Positions 8,187 to 18,832 of a stretch of DNA of 40,246 bases are shown here, piece by piece. The notes under the pieces were generated by a model, which had not been told where the DNA came from, did not search any database, and was given only the letters and a program-made list of their open reading frames with translations. The position numbers and the translations under genes were made by a program. Numbering within the stretch: the stretch's first letter is position 1; every line of letters starts with the position of its first letter. Origin of the DNA: Candidatus Dojkabacteria bacterium (GTDB lineage: Bacteria; Patescibacteriota; Dojkabacteria; SC72); the NCBI GenBank assembly GCA_040773125.1, contig JAXGWV010000003.1, positions 1-40,246 of the forward strand, given 5' to 3'.

Positions 8187-11090
8187 ATGAAAAATATTGG
8201 ACTAAAAAATGTCAATGCAACCCAAGATTTTGTTGAAATGGAGAATCAAATTATGACCTTTTGGGAAGAGAAGGAAATTGAGAAAAAATATCTTGAAAAA
8301 AACAAGAAATCTCCAAAGCATTTCTCTTTTATAGATGGTCCAATTACAGCTAATAATCCAATGGGTGTACACCATGCTTGGGGAAGAACTTACAAGGATA
8401 TTGTACAAAGATATAAGAATATGCAGGGTTTCGAGCAAAGATTTCAGAATGGTTTTGATTGTCAAGGTCTTTGGGTTGAGGTTGGAGTTGAGAGGGATTT
8501 GGGTTTTAATAGTAAAAAGGATATTCAAAATTTTGGTTTAGACAATTTTACTAATGCGTGTATTGCGAGGGTAAACAAGTTCTCTAAAGTTCAAACGGAG
8601 CAGTCAAAAAGGCTTGGTATGTTTATGGATTGGGATAATAGCTACTACACAATGTCTAAGCAGAATAATATATATATTTGGCATTTCCTGAAAGTTTGTT
8701 ATGAGAGAGGACTTCTTTACAAAGATAGGTCTGCAACTACTTGGTGTCCGAGATGTGAGACAGGGCTCTCTCAGCACGAGCAGGCGGATGGATATGAGAT
8801 GGTGAAAGATAAGTCTGTTTACGTTTTCTTCAAATTAAAATCAGAAGAGAAGAGTAATACAAATGAATATATACTGGCTTGGACAACTACTCCGTGGACA
8901 TTGTCATCAAATGTTCTTTTGGCAGTTAATCCTAAGCTCAAGTATGTGAAAACGAATATTGATGGGAAGATGGTGTATTTAGGAGTAGATGGTGCAAAGA
9001 GATTAAATATCAAAGAATATGAAGAAATTGATGTCAAAGAGTTATTGGGTAGAGAATACGAATCTTTGCTTGATATCCCCGCACAGAAAGGAATTAAGCA
9101 TAGTATTGTTGAATGGGATTTGGTTGATGCAAAAACGGGATGTGGAGTAGTACATATTGCTCCTGGTTGTGGACAAGAAGACTTTGAGCTTGGTATGAAA
9201 TTGAAATCTGATATCATCTCTCCAATTGATACGACAGGACATTTTACATCTGGTTTTGGTAACTTGGATGGTAAATATGCACATGATGTAGCAGATGAAG
9301 TAATTGATGACCTTAAGAAAAAGGGGCTACTTTTCAAAGTAGAAGAATATGAGCATAGTTATCCTCACTGTTGGAGGTGTCATACAAAATGTTTGTTTAG
9401 GTTGGAAGACAACTGGTTCCTTGATGTGTTAAAGATAAAGGATGAGTTGAAAGAGCAGGTCAATTCAGTGAAATGGCATCCAGAATATGTTGGGAAAAGA
9501 ATGCTTGGATGGTTGGACAGTATGGGCAATTGGATGATAAGTAGAAAACGATTCTATGGTCTTGCGTTACCATTCTATGAGTGTTCTAACTGTAATCATT
9601 TGCATGTAGTTGGAAGTCTTGAAGAGTTGAAAGAACTTGCAGTAAGGCCAGAATTAGTTGATAAGTTGCAAGATATTCATAGACCTTGGATAGACGAGAT
9701 AGAAATTAAATGTCCAAAGTGTGGAAAAAATGTTAAAAGAGTCCCTGATGTTGGTGACTGTTGGTTAGATGCAGGAGTAGTCCCATTCTCTACACTAAAA
9801 TATCTTGAAGATAGAAAGTATTGGGAGAAATGGTATCCTGCTGACTTCATAACGGAAATGATTGAACAAGTAAGATTATGGTTTTACTCTATGCTTGTTT
9901 TTGGGACAGTTCTTGAAAAGAGAGTTCCTTACAAAGAGGTTATGTGCTTTGCAGAATTAAGGGATGAAAAAAATGAAAGAATGAGTAAAACAAAGCCCAA
10001 TTATGTAAAATTTGATGATGCTGCAAACAAGGTTGGTTCTGATATTTTAAGGTGGAATTATGCATCTGCATCTATCGGAGCAAATATGAGATTTGGTTGG
10101 CAAACACTAGAAGATGTTAGAAGAAGATTCTACATACAGCTTTGGAATACATACAACTATTTTGTAACTTATGCCCAATTGAATAATTGGAACTATGAAG
10201 ACTTTGATCTTGAAAAAGTAACTAATTTGATGGATAGATGGTTAGTTTCTGAAACTAAAAAATTAGTTGTTAATGTTACCAAGTCTCTAGATTCTTTTAA
10301 TATCGCCACTGCATCGAGAGATATAGAAGAGTACTGTAAAGACTTATCACAGTGGTATATTAGAAGAAGCAGAACACGATTTAAAGAGGGTGATGTAAAT
10401 GCATTAGGTACACTCCATTACTCTCTCATGACTTTGTCAAAGCTATTGGCTCCATTCATCCCTTATATCTCAGAAGTAATTTATCAAAATATTGTTGTAA
10501 ATCTTGGTATAGACAGTAAAGAATCTGTACATTTGACAGATTTCCCAATAGCCAATGAGCAAGAGATAGATGAAAAGATACTTGAGGAAATGGAATTAGT
10601 AAGAAAGATTACCTCAAATGGTATGAAGATAAGAGAGAGGGCAAAGCTTAATCTTAGACGACCTTTGTGTAGGGCATTTGTTAATGTTAAGGATTCAGAA
10701 CTATCTCAAATTATTAAAGATGAGTTAAATGTTAAAGAGATTATTTTCTCTGACAAGCAGGATTCTGGAGAGAATATCTTTTCCGAAGGTGAGAAAGAAA
10801 ATTTAATCACAATCGACTGTAATCTTACAAGTGAGTTAAAGAATGAAGCATTGATAAATGAATTTATGAGAAGATACAAGGATTATAGGAAGAAAAAAGG
10901 TTTGAAGGTTGGAGATTTAATTACCCTGTATTTAAATATAGAGGATAGTTCTACAAAAAAGGTTTTTGAAGAGTATATTAATAACAATTTCTCTGCTTTT
11001 AATGCAAAGAATGTGGTAATTAATGAAATTAAAGAGGTAGATATGGAAATTGAAGTTTTAGGTAGTAAAATAGGAATAAGTATCTATTAA
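8187..11090 (+). CDS. ileS: Isoleucyl-tRNA synthetase, type 2
   Basis: DGPITANNPMGVHH, WTTTPWT, GVVHIAPG, HSYPHCWRC, ISRKR, RMSKT; Ile T-box upstream. Confidence 0.95.
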   Translation: MKNIGLKNVNATQDFVEMENQIMTFWEEKEIEKKYLEKNKKSPKHFSFIDGPITANNPMGVHHAWGRTYKDIVQRYKNMQGFEQRFQNGFDCQGLWVEVGVERDLGFNSKKDIQNFGLDNFTNACIARVNKFSKVQTEQSKRLGMFMDWDNSYYTMSKQNNIYIWHFLKVCYERGLLYKDRSATTWCPRCETGLSQHEQADGYEMVKDKSVYVFFKLKSEEKSNTNEYILAWTTTPWTLSSNVLLAVNPKLKYVKTNIDGKMVYLGVDGAKRLNIKEYEEIDVKELLGREYESLLDIPAQKGIKHSIVEWDLVDAKTGCGVVHIAPGCGQEDFELGMKLKSDIISPIDTTGHFTSGFGNLDGKYAHDVADEVIDDLKKKGLLFKVEEYEHSYPHCWRCHTKCLFRLEDNWFLDVLKIKDELKEQVNSVKWHPEYVGKRMLGWLDSMGNWMISRKRFYGLALPFYECSNCNHLHVVGSLEELKELAVRPELVDKLQDIHRPWIDEIEIKCPKCGKNVKRVPDVGDCWLDAGVVPFSTLKYLEDRKYWEKWYPADFITEMIEQVRLWFYSMLVFGTVLEKRVPYKEVMCFAELRDEKNERMSKTKPNYVKFDDAANKVGSDILRWNYASASIGANMRFGWQTLEDVRRRFYIQLWNTYNYFVTYAQLNNWNYEDFDLEKVTNLMDRWLVSETKKLVVNVTKSLDSFNIATASRDIEEYCKDLSQWYIRRSRTRFKEGDVNALGTLHYSLMTLSKLLAPFIPYISEVIYQNIVVNLGIDSKESVHLTDFPIANEQEIDEKILEEMELVRKITSNGMKIRERAKLNLRRPLCRAFVNVKDSELSQIIKDELNVKEIIFSDKQDSGENIFSEGEKENLITIDCNLTSELKNEALINEFMRRYKDYRKKKGLKVGDLITLYLNIEDSSTKKVFEEYINNNFSAFNAKNVVINEIKEVDMEIEVLGSKIGISIY

Positions 11091-11106
11091 ATTAATATTT
11101 ATCAAT

Positions 11107-11361
11107 ATGTCAGAAAAAGACACTACCAATCAACATGCTTCTGGGGAAGAATTATCCATAAATATGGATGAAAAGAAGAGAAAGATTATCCAGGTAGCTA
11201 AACTTTTAGATGTGCATTCAGAAAATGCTACCACAGAAGAACTTCTTGGGAGAGTATTAGTTGAACTAGGAGACGAGTATGATGATGAGTTAACATTCTC
11301 TGAGCAAGTAAACAAAATGGAATGTATTTTGAACGAAATTGGAGATCTTCCGGAGGACTAA
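11107..11361 (+). CDS. Small acidic hypothetical protein
   Basis: 84-aa ORF filling the gap after ileS. Confidence 0.55.
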   Translation: MSEKDTTNQHASGEELSINMDEKKRKIIQVAKLLDVHSENATTEELLGRVLVELGDEYDDELTFSEQVNKMECILNEIGDLPED

Positions 11362-11882
11362 TCTTTTCCTATTTCTACCTTAATGCCAGTGATATCACTG
11401 AAATTTTTTGACGCTGACTTTAGAGAAGTACCAGAAGATACTGCCAATTCTCCGACGATATTCTTTATTGCATTCTCAAGTTGTTTTTCAATACTTACAG
11501 GAATTAATCTTCCTTCCATTTCTCTAATTTTTTTAACATGGTTACAGTATTGAATAATTTTTATTGAAGATTCAATTGAAGAGCTTTCTTCAAGCTCTTT
11601 AAAAGTATTTAACATTAAATTGAAATCTTTCATCTTAGGATCAAGAGACGGATTTTTTTTAAGGATAGAAATTTTTTCTATTATTTCTTTTTTAGGAAGT
11701 ACAGGGCGGATTCCTAAGTTGTCAACATTATCTACTGGTGTAGATATGCTAAGTAGATTCGTAATTAGTTCAAACTCAAAGTATCTTTTCTTCTCTCCAT
11801 TAAACTCAATTTCTTTTTCTCCTTTAATCCAACCTGCTCCGTGTGATGGATAAAAAACTTTTGAACCAATCTTGAAATTCAT
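11358..11882 (-). CDS. carD: CarD-family transcription factor
   Basis: FKIGSKVFYPSHGAG N-terminus and LGIRP motif. Confidence 0.85.
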   Translation of the reverse strand: MNFKIGSKVFYPSHGAGWIKGEKEIEFNGEKKRYFEFELITNLLSISTPVDNVDNLGIRPVLPKKEIIEKISILKKNPSLDPKMKDFNLMLNTFKELEESSSIESSIKIIQYCNHVKKIREMEGRLIPVSIEKQLENAIKNIVGELAVSSGTSLKSASKNFSDITGIKVEIGKD

Positions 11883-11909
11883 ACTAGAATAATATTATCT
11901 TAATGCTAC

Positions 11910-11933
11910 ATTATACCATAAAAATGATATACT
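11910..11933. promoter_or_regulatory. Divergent extended -10 elements for carD and yvcK
   Basis: Minus strand TGGTATAAT (11910-11918); plus strand TGATATACT (11925-11933) 6 nt before ATG 11940. Confidence 0.65.
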
Positions 11934-11939
11934 TGACCT

Positions 11940-12974
11940 ATGAATATTCTTCTAATTGGAGGAGGTACAGGAAGTACAGTTGTAATAGAAGGGCTCAAAA
12001 AGCATAAGGATTTAAATCTCTCTGTGATAGTAGGGATGATGGATGACGGAGGGAGTAATGCGGTGGTGAGAGATGAATTTGGTTTACTTCCATTAAGCGA
12101 TATTAGAAAATCACTGATAGCACTATATGATATTGGAAGTAACGAGGTCTTAAGAAAATTGTTTATGTATAGATTTTCAAATGGTGAGGGTATTAAAGGT
12201 CATACTTTAGGAAATCTACTGATGGTTGCTATGACCGATATATTAGGAAGTGAGGTAGAAGCAATTGAGATGTTTAAAACAATTTTCTCAATTAAAGGGG
12301 ATATAATCCCAGTTACATTAGATGATTCAAGATTGGTTGCTGAGTATGAGAATGGAGAGGTGATAGAAGGGGAGCACTTAATTGATGAGCCTGAAGATGA
12401 TAGAAATATTACGAGAATTTATCTAAAACCTGCAGCTAAAGCGAATGAGAATGCTATCAGGGCGATTGAGAAAGCTGACTATATTATCTTAGGCCCTGGG
12501 GATTTGTATACTACAACCTTGGCAAACATTGTTGTTGATGGGATAAAGCAAAGTATACAAAAGAGTAAGGCTAAGATAATTTGCATCGGGAACCTGATGA
12601 GCAAGAAAGGGCAAACAAGAAATCTTACTCAATCTGGATATCTAAAAATTGTTGAAAGGTATATAGGTCGAGATGTTGATTATTTCTTAATTAATAATGG
12701 AAAAATTCCAACTAAGGCGTATGAGAGATATCTTAAGAAGGGTGAGCATATAATTGTGGATGATTTATCGGCCGAAGAAACAAAAGCAAAAATCATTAGA
12801 GCTGATTTGGTAGCAACAGCTCCTGTTGTTAGAGAGAAGGGAGATAAGCTTGAAAGAAGTTTGGTCAGGCATGATAGTAAGAAATTATTTAGAGAGCTAA
12901 ACAAAATATTCTACTCAGAAAGTACTCTCATCTCAAAATTATTTGGGACTTTTATTTCCTATTACAAAGATTAA
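11940..12974 (+). CDS. yvcK: YvcK/GlmR (CofD-like, UPF0052) protein
   Basis: IGGGTG, DDGGS, GHTLGNL, LGPGDLYT, RHD motifs. Confidence 0.9.
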   Translation: MNILLIGGGTGSTVVIEGLKKHKDLNLSVIVGMMDDGGSNAVVRDEFGLLPLSDIRKSLIALYDIGSNEVLRKLFMYRFSNGEGIKGHTLGNLLMVAMTDILGSEVEAIEMFKTIFSIKGDIIPVTLDDSRLVAEYENGEVIEGEHLIDEPEDDRNITRIYLKPAAKANENAIRAIEKADYIILGPGDLYTTTLANIVVDGIKQSIQKSKAKIICIGNLMSKKGQTRNLTQSGYLKIVERYIGRDVDYFLINNGKIPTKAYERYLKKGEHIIVDDLSAEETKAKIIRADLVATAPVVREKGDKLERSLVRHDSKKLFRELNKIFYSESTLISKLFGTFISYYKD

Positions 12975-13634
12975 TCCCTCATCTCCGTTCATGTCTTCTT
13001 TTGTATTAATTGTAAAGCCTTCATTTTCTAATATCTCTAATACTCTTTTTAAGCCGAATTTTTTGACTGGATGATATTCTAAAACAATATTCTTAATTAG
13101 ATTAAATTTTTTACTTGTATATAGATCTTGAAGAATCTCTAGCTCTGCTCCCTCAGTATCAATTTTTAACAGATCAACAGGTTTGTGAATATAAGTACTT
13201 AATTTTACTGTCTTTACTTTTATCCCTCTTGACTTCTGTTTCCCATTCCATGCATTTGGTATGAAGGATGAAGTAGAGAATGCTCCATCTCCTGAAGAAT
13301 CTATGTAAAGAATTCTTTCTCCATTGTTTTTTGAAAGTGCGAGATTGTAAAGAGTAACATTCCTAATATTATTTCCTTTAATATTATCTTCAAGAAGGGG
13401 GAAAACATTTGGGTTGGGTTCAAAACCAACTATCTTAGAATCAGGGAAATTCTTTTTAAAATAAAGAATACTAAGTCCAATATGTGAGCCAATATCAAAT
13501 ATTAAAGGATTTTTCTTTTTAATATTGATTTTGTAAATCTCATTTCCAAAGATTTCCTTATCAAGAATTTTCAGCTCACTTTTGTTTAGAAAAGTAACAG
13601 TAAAATTATGCAATTTAGTAGATTGAGGAAACAT
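12939..13634 (-). CDS. FkbM-family methyltransferase
   Basis: FDIGSHIG, FEPNP, LKIDTEGAE. Confidence 0.9.
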   Translation of the reverse strand: MFPQSTKLHNFTVTFLNKSELKILDKEIFGNEIYKINIKKKNPLIFDIGSHIGLSILYFKKNFPDSKIVGFEPNPNVFPLLEDNIKGNNIRNVTLYNLALSKNNGERILYIDSSGDGAFSTSSFIPNAWNGKQKSRGIKVKTVKLSTYIHKPVDLLKIDTEGAELEILQDLYTSKKFNLIKNIVLEYHPVKKFGLKRVLEILENEGFTINTKEDMNGDEGLIFVIGNKSPK

Positions 13635-13656
13635 AGTAGATTATACCTCTAATACA

Positions 13657-14271
13657 TTAGTATTGAGCAATGAGATTCATCACACCTTGTACTTTTCTTG
13701 CCCAGCTATCAGCTGAAGGAGGACAGTAAGAGTAACTAATTAATTTTGGAGTTGTTAGACCATTACTGTAGTATTTTCCAATTCCTTTTGAAACAGCCCA
13801 GATACCCTCTGACCAACTGCTAAAACCTTTTTTCCCCCATCCCCATGCATTGTATGGCATAAAATTCTTCTTCCCTCCACCAGATTCAACTATTGAAATG
13901 GCAGTAACTATTCTGTAGTCTATACCGTATTCTTCTGAACCATTAACAAAGTCTTCAGCGTAATGAGATAGGGGAGAATTTCTACTTTGTAAATATTTTC
14001 TTACTTTTTGAACTTTTTCATCGTGAACAATCTGTTCCTCTGTTATTACAACAAAAGGGATAGGATTGGAGTCTTCATAAATATGTTCGGATTCATCATA
14101 AATATGCTCAAATTCATTTTTTTCTATTATCGGAGAAATTTCATCAGCAGTTCCTGCATTCGCAGTAGTAATAACGACCTTTTCAGTAACTGTTTGAAAC
14201 AAAAGCCCAACAAAAATGATTCCACTTAAAAGAGATACTGTTTTTTTACTGTTTATTCTTAAAATGTTCAT
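13657..14271 (-). CDS. Membrane-anchored lysozyme-like/glucosaminidase-domain protein
   Basis: N-terminal hydrophobic helix; YGIDYRIVTAISIVESGGG and NAWGW motifs. Confidence 0.7.
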   Translation of the reverse strand: MNILRINSKKTVSLLSGIIFVGLLFQTVTEKVVITTANAGTADEISPIIEKNEFEHIYDESEHIYEDSNPIPFVVITEEQIVHDEKVQKVRKYLQSRNSPLSHYAEDFVNGSEEYGIDYRIVTAISIVESGGGKKNFMPYNAWGWGKKGFSSWSEGIWAVSKGIGKYYSNGLTTPKLISYSYCPPSADSWARKVQGVMNLIAQY

Positions 14272-14365
14272 AGAAAAGATTAGAATACCAATAGATATTA
14301 TACCATGGACTGGCCCATAGTGCCAATCAGTTTAAGTGATAGTGTGGTTTATGATAGTATTACAT

Positions 14366-16102
14366 ATGATTAATATAGATATTTCTGCTTCGACTAAAGG
14401 TAATTCCAGAACTTTTAAACCTAAAGATAGGGGCTCTTACAGAAAAAGTGAAGTAAAGAAAAATCCAAAGGGAATTGCTCCTAAGATAATTTTGCTTGCT
14501 TTTCTTTTTTCTACAATTTTTCTTTTTTTGGAGAACAAACATCTTTTTATTCATTCTGTAGAAAACCTTTTTAGATTTGGGAAAAGTGCAGTTATTTATG
14601 ATACTTATTCTATATCTTTTAATGATGATGTCCCAGAGGAATTTGTTAATTCAATGAAGAGTAATTTGAGTAAGCTAGTTTTTGAAGGAAAACCAAGATT
14701 TGAATTTGACGAGAAAAATGCTGATATTGTAGTTGGGATGCAACAAGGGGATGGAAGTAAGGAGGTTTTTAGTAAGGACTTTATTCCAGTAGGTCATTTT
14801 TATTCCCTTCTTACAAATATTTCTTTAGACCAGCTAAAGAGCAAAAAAGTTTTTATGTTAGATTCTGAAACAGAGAAATTTTTGGAAAAGAAACTAGGTA
14901 TAGAGATAACTGTAGTAGGAGAGGGGAAAGATGCACTAGTTGAAAAACTTAAGGAGAGCGATGAGAATATCGCGTTGTTGTCTTTTGAGGACTTAGATCC
15001 TAGGGTTAAGATAATTCCTCTTGATAACAAATATTATCTTGATGATAAAGAGGGGTCAGTAAAATTTAGTTTTTATTCTTCTGTTGAACCAAAGGACGAG
15101 TTTATTCTTTCTGTTATTGCAAGGAATATGGGTAATGCATCTTTTGATGAAGACTTTCTGAGTAAGGTAAATATGGGAGGTGTGGTAGCAATAGCGAGAA
15201 ATCTTGCTTTTAAGATGGAAGAAGTTAAGGACTATGCTTATCCAGCTAAGGAAATTGGTGATTTCTTGGCTGATGCTGATTTGACACATGTTTCTAATGA
15301 GGTTTCTTTTGTTCCAGGTTGTATGCCTACAAGAAGTATGGCTTTTTGTTCAAATCCAAATTACATTGAGAGTTTAAAGAAAAGTGGGGTAGATATTGTA
15401 GAGTTAACCGGAAATCATAACAATGATTATGGAGCTAAGTATAGTGCAAGTACAATTGAAACTTTTAAGGAGTTAGGTTGGGATTATTTCGGTGGGGGAT
15501 TGAATGAAGAAGATGCTAAGAAAATATTATATAAAGAGGTTAATGGAACAAAGTTGGCATTTATTGGTTATAACTATTACGATTCCATTCACAACAATAT
15601 TGGACCTTTGGCTAGAGATGGTATCTCAGGGGCTAATTCATATTCCGAGAGTAAGTTAAAAGAGGATATTGCAGAAGCTAAAAAGAATGCAGATGTTGTT
15701 ATTACAACTTTTCAATTCCAAGAGTGCTATGCCTATCCAGATGGTGATGTTATTTATCCAATCTGTTATCAACCTCTTTCGGTTCCTGATCAAAGAGGGA
15801 CATTTAAAAAAGCAATTGACTTAGGTGCTGATATAGTTGTTGGGACACAAGCTCATCAGCCTCAGACATATGAGTTGTATGGTGATGGGGTGATATTTTA
15901 TGGACTGGGAAATCTTTTTTTTGATCAGTATATTTGGATAGGTACTAGACAAGGATTAGTATTAACTCATTATTTTTATGATGGTAAGTATATCCAGACT
16001 AAAGTAGTTCCTATATATATGGACAAGGATTTTGTTGTTCGTTTGGCTACAGAAGAACAGGGAGCACTACTGCTAAAACTACTCAAACAGGCTAGAGATT
16101 AA
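14366..16102 (+). CDS. CapA-family (poly-gamma-glutamate/metallophosphatase-like) membrane protein
   Basis: LTGNHNNDYG, GADIVVGTQAH, YGLGNLFFDQ; one TM helix; ATG 14366 follows TGATAGTAT. Confidence 0.85.
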   Translation: MINIDISASTKGNSRTFKPKDRGSYRKSEVKKNPKGIAPKIILLAFLFSTIFLFLENKHLFIHSVENLFRFGKSAVIYDTYSISFNDDVPEEFVNSMKSNLSKLVFEGKPRFEFDEKNADIVVGMQQGDGSKEVFSKDFIPVGHFYSLLTNISLDQLKSKKVFMLDSETEKFLEKKLGIEITVVGEGKDALVEKLKESDENIALLSFEDLDPRVKIIPLDNKYYLDDKEGSVKFSFYSSVEPKDEFILSVIARNMGNASFDEDFLSKVNMGGVVAIARNLAFKMEEVKDYAYPAKEIGDFLADADLTHVSNEVSFVPGCMPTRSMAFCSNPNYIESLKKSGVDIVELTGNHNNDYGAKYSASTIETFKELGWDYFGGGLNEEDAKKILYKEVNGTKLAFIGYNYYDSIHNNIGPLARDGISGANSYSESKLKEDIAEAKKNADVVITTFQFQECYAYPDGDVIYPICYQPLSVPDQRGTFKKAIDLGADIVVGTQAHQPQTYELYGDGVIFYGLGNLFFDQYIWIGTRQGLVLTHYFYDGKYIQTKVVPIYMDKDFVVRLATEEQGALLLKLLKQARD

Positions 16103-16106
16103 GAAT

Positions 16107-18791
16107 TTATTTTACTACTTTTATAAATATTCCTTCCTCTTGATTAATCTTTAATGAATCTCCAAAGATATAGTTACTTTCATCTTTGAATGTGTAATCA
16201 AAGAGACCTTTTTCTTTCTGCCATTGTCCTATCTGTTTAATTTTATTGAATTCTAAATTTTTTAATATATCTACAGAAGTAGTGCCTTTTCCGTCAAATA
16301 CAAAAGAGGGTACTAAGTTCCATCCTGCGGATTCAAGGATATTAGATGGAGAGATTCTGTAGCCTTTTACTGAGAATTCTGTTTCGTGTAAAGAAGAAAC
16401 CATGTACGATTTGCCCGATTTAAGGGAGAAATCATTTCCTTTTATACTTCCCTCTTCATATTTAACAACATGTACCCATTGTCCACTTTGATATTCTCCC
16501 ACGGCTATTACCCTTTTATCTGATATATTTATTAAGTCATAAGCACTTTTAGGAACTAGTGGATTATCAACATCAATTACTTCAAGAGGGCTTATAAAGC
16601 TAATTCCTTCCCTAATTACATATTTAGTACTCTCCATATGACAATTTTCAGCACTAATATCTGAGCGTATTACACCAGAGCACTCATAAGGCATTCTCAT
16701 TGAAAGAGAATTGTTGTAGTAACAACATACACTTTCAGTTTTGATAACTTTTTGATCGGTAGTGCAAGTAAATCCGTTTTTGGCATCCTTTTGAACCGTT
16801 TTGTTATTCCAATAGCAGATACATCCTTTTGGATTTCTACAGTACAAATCTTTATCTGTAACTTCAAGAATGGTTTTTTCCTCAGGAGGAGGAGTAGGAC
16901 CTTGTTCGGTACATACAAGTCCACATTCTACATCTTTAAAGTAATTTTCTGGTTTAATTGTTCCCTTAAAACATTCACATCCCCCAACATCTTTACAGGT
17001 TTCCCCTACCTTAATATCAGACTCCCCTGGGATGTTATCGTTTCCAGTACATTGAATACTGGGGTCTGGTGTAGGGTTAGGGCTTGGGTTCGGATTTGGA
17101 TTTGGGTTTGGTGTAGGGTTTTGTTCGGTACATACAAGTCCACACATTACATCTTTAAGGTAATTTTCTGGTTTAATTGTTCCTTTAAAACATTCGCATC
17201 CACCGACATCTTTACAAGTTTCTCCTACCTTAATATCAGACTCTCCAGGGATGTTGTCATTCCCAGTACATGGAACATTAGGATCTGGTTCCGGTTCTGG
17301 GTTGGTGTCCGACTTCCATTTGATAGTACATTTACTATCTGAAAAGGCCTTATTCTGTAAATGATAGGCATCACAAGTTTGAACACTTCTTGTTGAGCGG
17401 CATTGAGTATCTTTGATGTAACAAAGTGGGTCATTTTTACATTTCTCTTCTGATGTAAACATCCCTTCTCTTGCACAAGATTGGTATTTTTTAGTAGTTT
17501 TTTCACATACATTATTATTTGGGTTAATGTACCAACAGTAAGAGCCATCTTCAGGTGGCTGTGGATTAGTTCCTGAAGGATTTCCATTACAATCTCTATA
17601 CACACTGTTTGTAACTTGTTTGGATCTATCGCAGGCACTAGAACTCTTTGAAACATTCCATGGCCAACTTGGAAGAGTACCACCAGTTAGCCAGTTGTAA
17701 TAATTTCGAATTTCAGTGATATATGCTTTCCCATGTGCAATATTTTCATCATTACAGTACCCTCTTGCATACTTTGTAGCCCATCTCTCTTCTTCCGAGA
17801 TACCTTTGTCTGTGCAGTACCCTGAGATATAGTCGTCAGCCATTTGTACTGAAATCAATCGCTCCAATTGTTTTGTAAAATCTCTGCTTGGCACTCCACC
17901 TCCATTTATACCGAAATCTTGAACATTAGAATATTTAGCATACATACTTCCTGCTGATTCATGGACCCACAATGTTATTGGAAGTGCAGGATTTACTCCG
18001 GCTTCTATAGATTGACAATATACATCACTGTAACACTCTTGTGCATAGTGTCCTTTACAGCCTCCAATTAATCGATCAAGTAAGCTTTGTGTTTGGCTCT
18101 TAGTTGGAAGATATTGAGTATTGGTTATTGATATATTAGTTTTACAATTTGCTCCACTTTCTGCATATACAGGAGAGATAATCCCAAACAAGCTGGCCTC
18201 TAACTCATCTTGAAGAATAGCAGATGGAATAAACCGTGCATACTCAGTAACAGTATATCCACTACCTTTCAAATCTAATGCCCAAGTTCCATGGTAACTT
18301 GTGTAAACCATATACTTTTTCCCACCATTTTCTATCAAAATGAAATTACCTTTTTCTGATGTCCCTGTTTTTATATTGGGTAATTCTACTTTTGTGTTGT
18401 ATTCTTCAGTAGTAAATTCTAAATCAAAATCCCATTTCTGTTTTGGGGATTGAATACGAAATGTATATGTAGTGTCAGGGCGGAGTTGAGATAGAGTGGC
18501 TTCATAGAAGTAATTATCTTCTTTCATATTTTTGTAGAGGTTAGAATCCATCACTGAAATGTAAGGCATGTTTCTTTCTTTCTCTTTGTAAGAGAGAATA
18601 CTGTAAACACCCTCATTGTTTTTCCAATATATTGTTGCACCTGAAGATCCAATGTTTGTTACAACAATATCTGTGGGTTTTTCTTTGAGGATTTCAAAAA
18701 GCTTGTAATTTTGTACATAAAGCCAGGATGATGCAAAGAGAAGTACTAATGCAAATACAAACTTTAGTAAAAATATGTTCTTTTTCTTCAT
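16107..18791 (-). CDS. Large Cys-rich secreted/surface protein: FN3-like N-terminus, lysozyme-like domain, duplicated Cys module, Pro linkers
   Basis: Signal/TM helix; LRPDTTYTFRI; GVNPALPITLWVHES; PEPEP/PNPNP linkers; many cysteines. Confidence 0.8.
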   Translation of the reverse strand: MKKKNIFLLKFVFALVLLFASSWLYVQNYKLFEILKEKPTDIVVTNIGSSGATIYWKNNEGVYSILSYKEKERNMPYISVMDSNLYKNMKEDNYFYEATLSQLRPDTTYTFRIQSPKQKWDFDLEFTTEEYNTKVELPNIKTGTSEKGNFILIENGGKKYMVYTSYHGTWALDLKGSGYTVTEYARFIPSAILQDELEASLFGIISPVYAESGANCKTNISITNTQYLPTKSQTQSLLDRLIGGCKGHYAQECYSDVYCQSIEAGVNPALPITLWVHESAGSMYAKYSNVQDFGINGGGVPSRDFTKQLERLISVQMADDYISGYCTDKGISEEERWATKYARGYCNDENIAHGKAYITEIRNYYNWLTGGTLPSWPWNVSKSSSACDRSKQVTNSVYRDCNGNPSGTNPQPPEDGSYCWYINPNNNVCEKTTKKYQSCAREGMFTSEEKCKNDPLCYIKDTQCRSTRSVQTCDAYHLQNKAFSDSKCTIKWKSDTNPEPEPDPNVPCTGNDNIPGESDIKVGETCKDVGGCECFKGTIKPENYLKDVMCGLVCTEQNPTPNPNPNPNPSPNPTPDPSIQCTGNDNIPGESDIKVGETCKDVGGCECFKGTIKPENYFKDVECGLVCTEQGPTPPPEEKTILEVTDKDLYCRNPKGCICYWNNKTVQKDAKNGFTCTTDQKVIKTESVCCYYNNSLSMRMPYECSGVIRSDISAENCHMESTKYVIREGISFISPLEVIDVDNPLVPKSAYDLINISDKRVIAVGEYQSGQWVHVVKYEEGSIKGNDFSLKSGKSYMVSSLHETEFSVKGYRISPSNILESAGWNLVPSFVFDGKGTTSVDILKNLEFNKIKQIGQWQKEKGLFDYTFKDESNYIFGDSLKINQEEGIFIKVVK
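16902..17270. repeat. Two 150-bp intragenic direct repeats (16902-17051, 17121-17270) encoding a 50-aa six-Cys module
   Basis: CTGNDNIPGESDIKVGETCKDVGGCECFKGTIKPENY(F/L)KDV(E/M)CGLVCTEQ occurs twice. Confidence 0.95.
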
Positions 18792-18832
18792 TGCTGATTA
18801 ATAATAGCAGATTCAGTTATTTGTGTATATCT

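Noticed and set aside
16902-17270. 150-bp repeat pair as a DGR template/variable repeat
   Set aside because: Differences are mostly synonymous third positions, not adenine-specific; both copies are in one ORF; no reverse transcriptase in the window.
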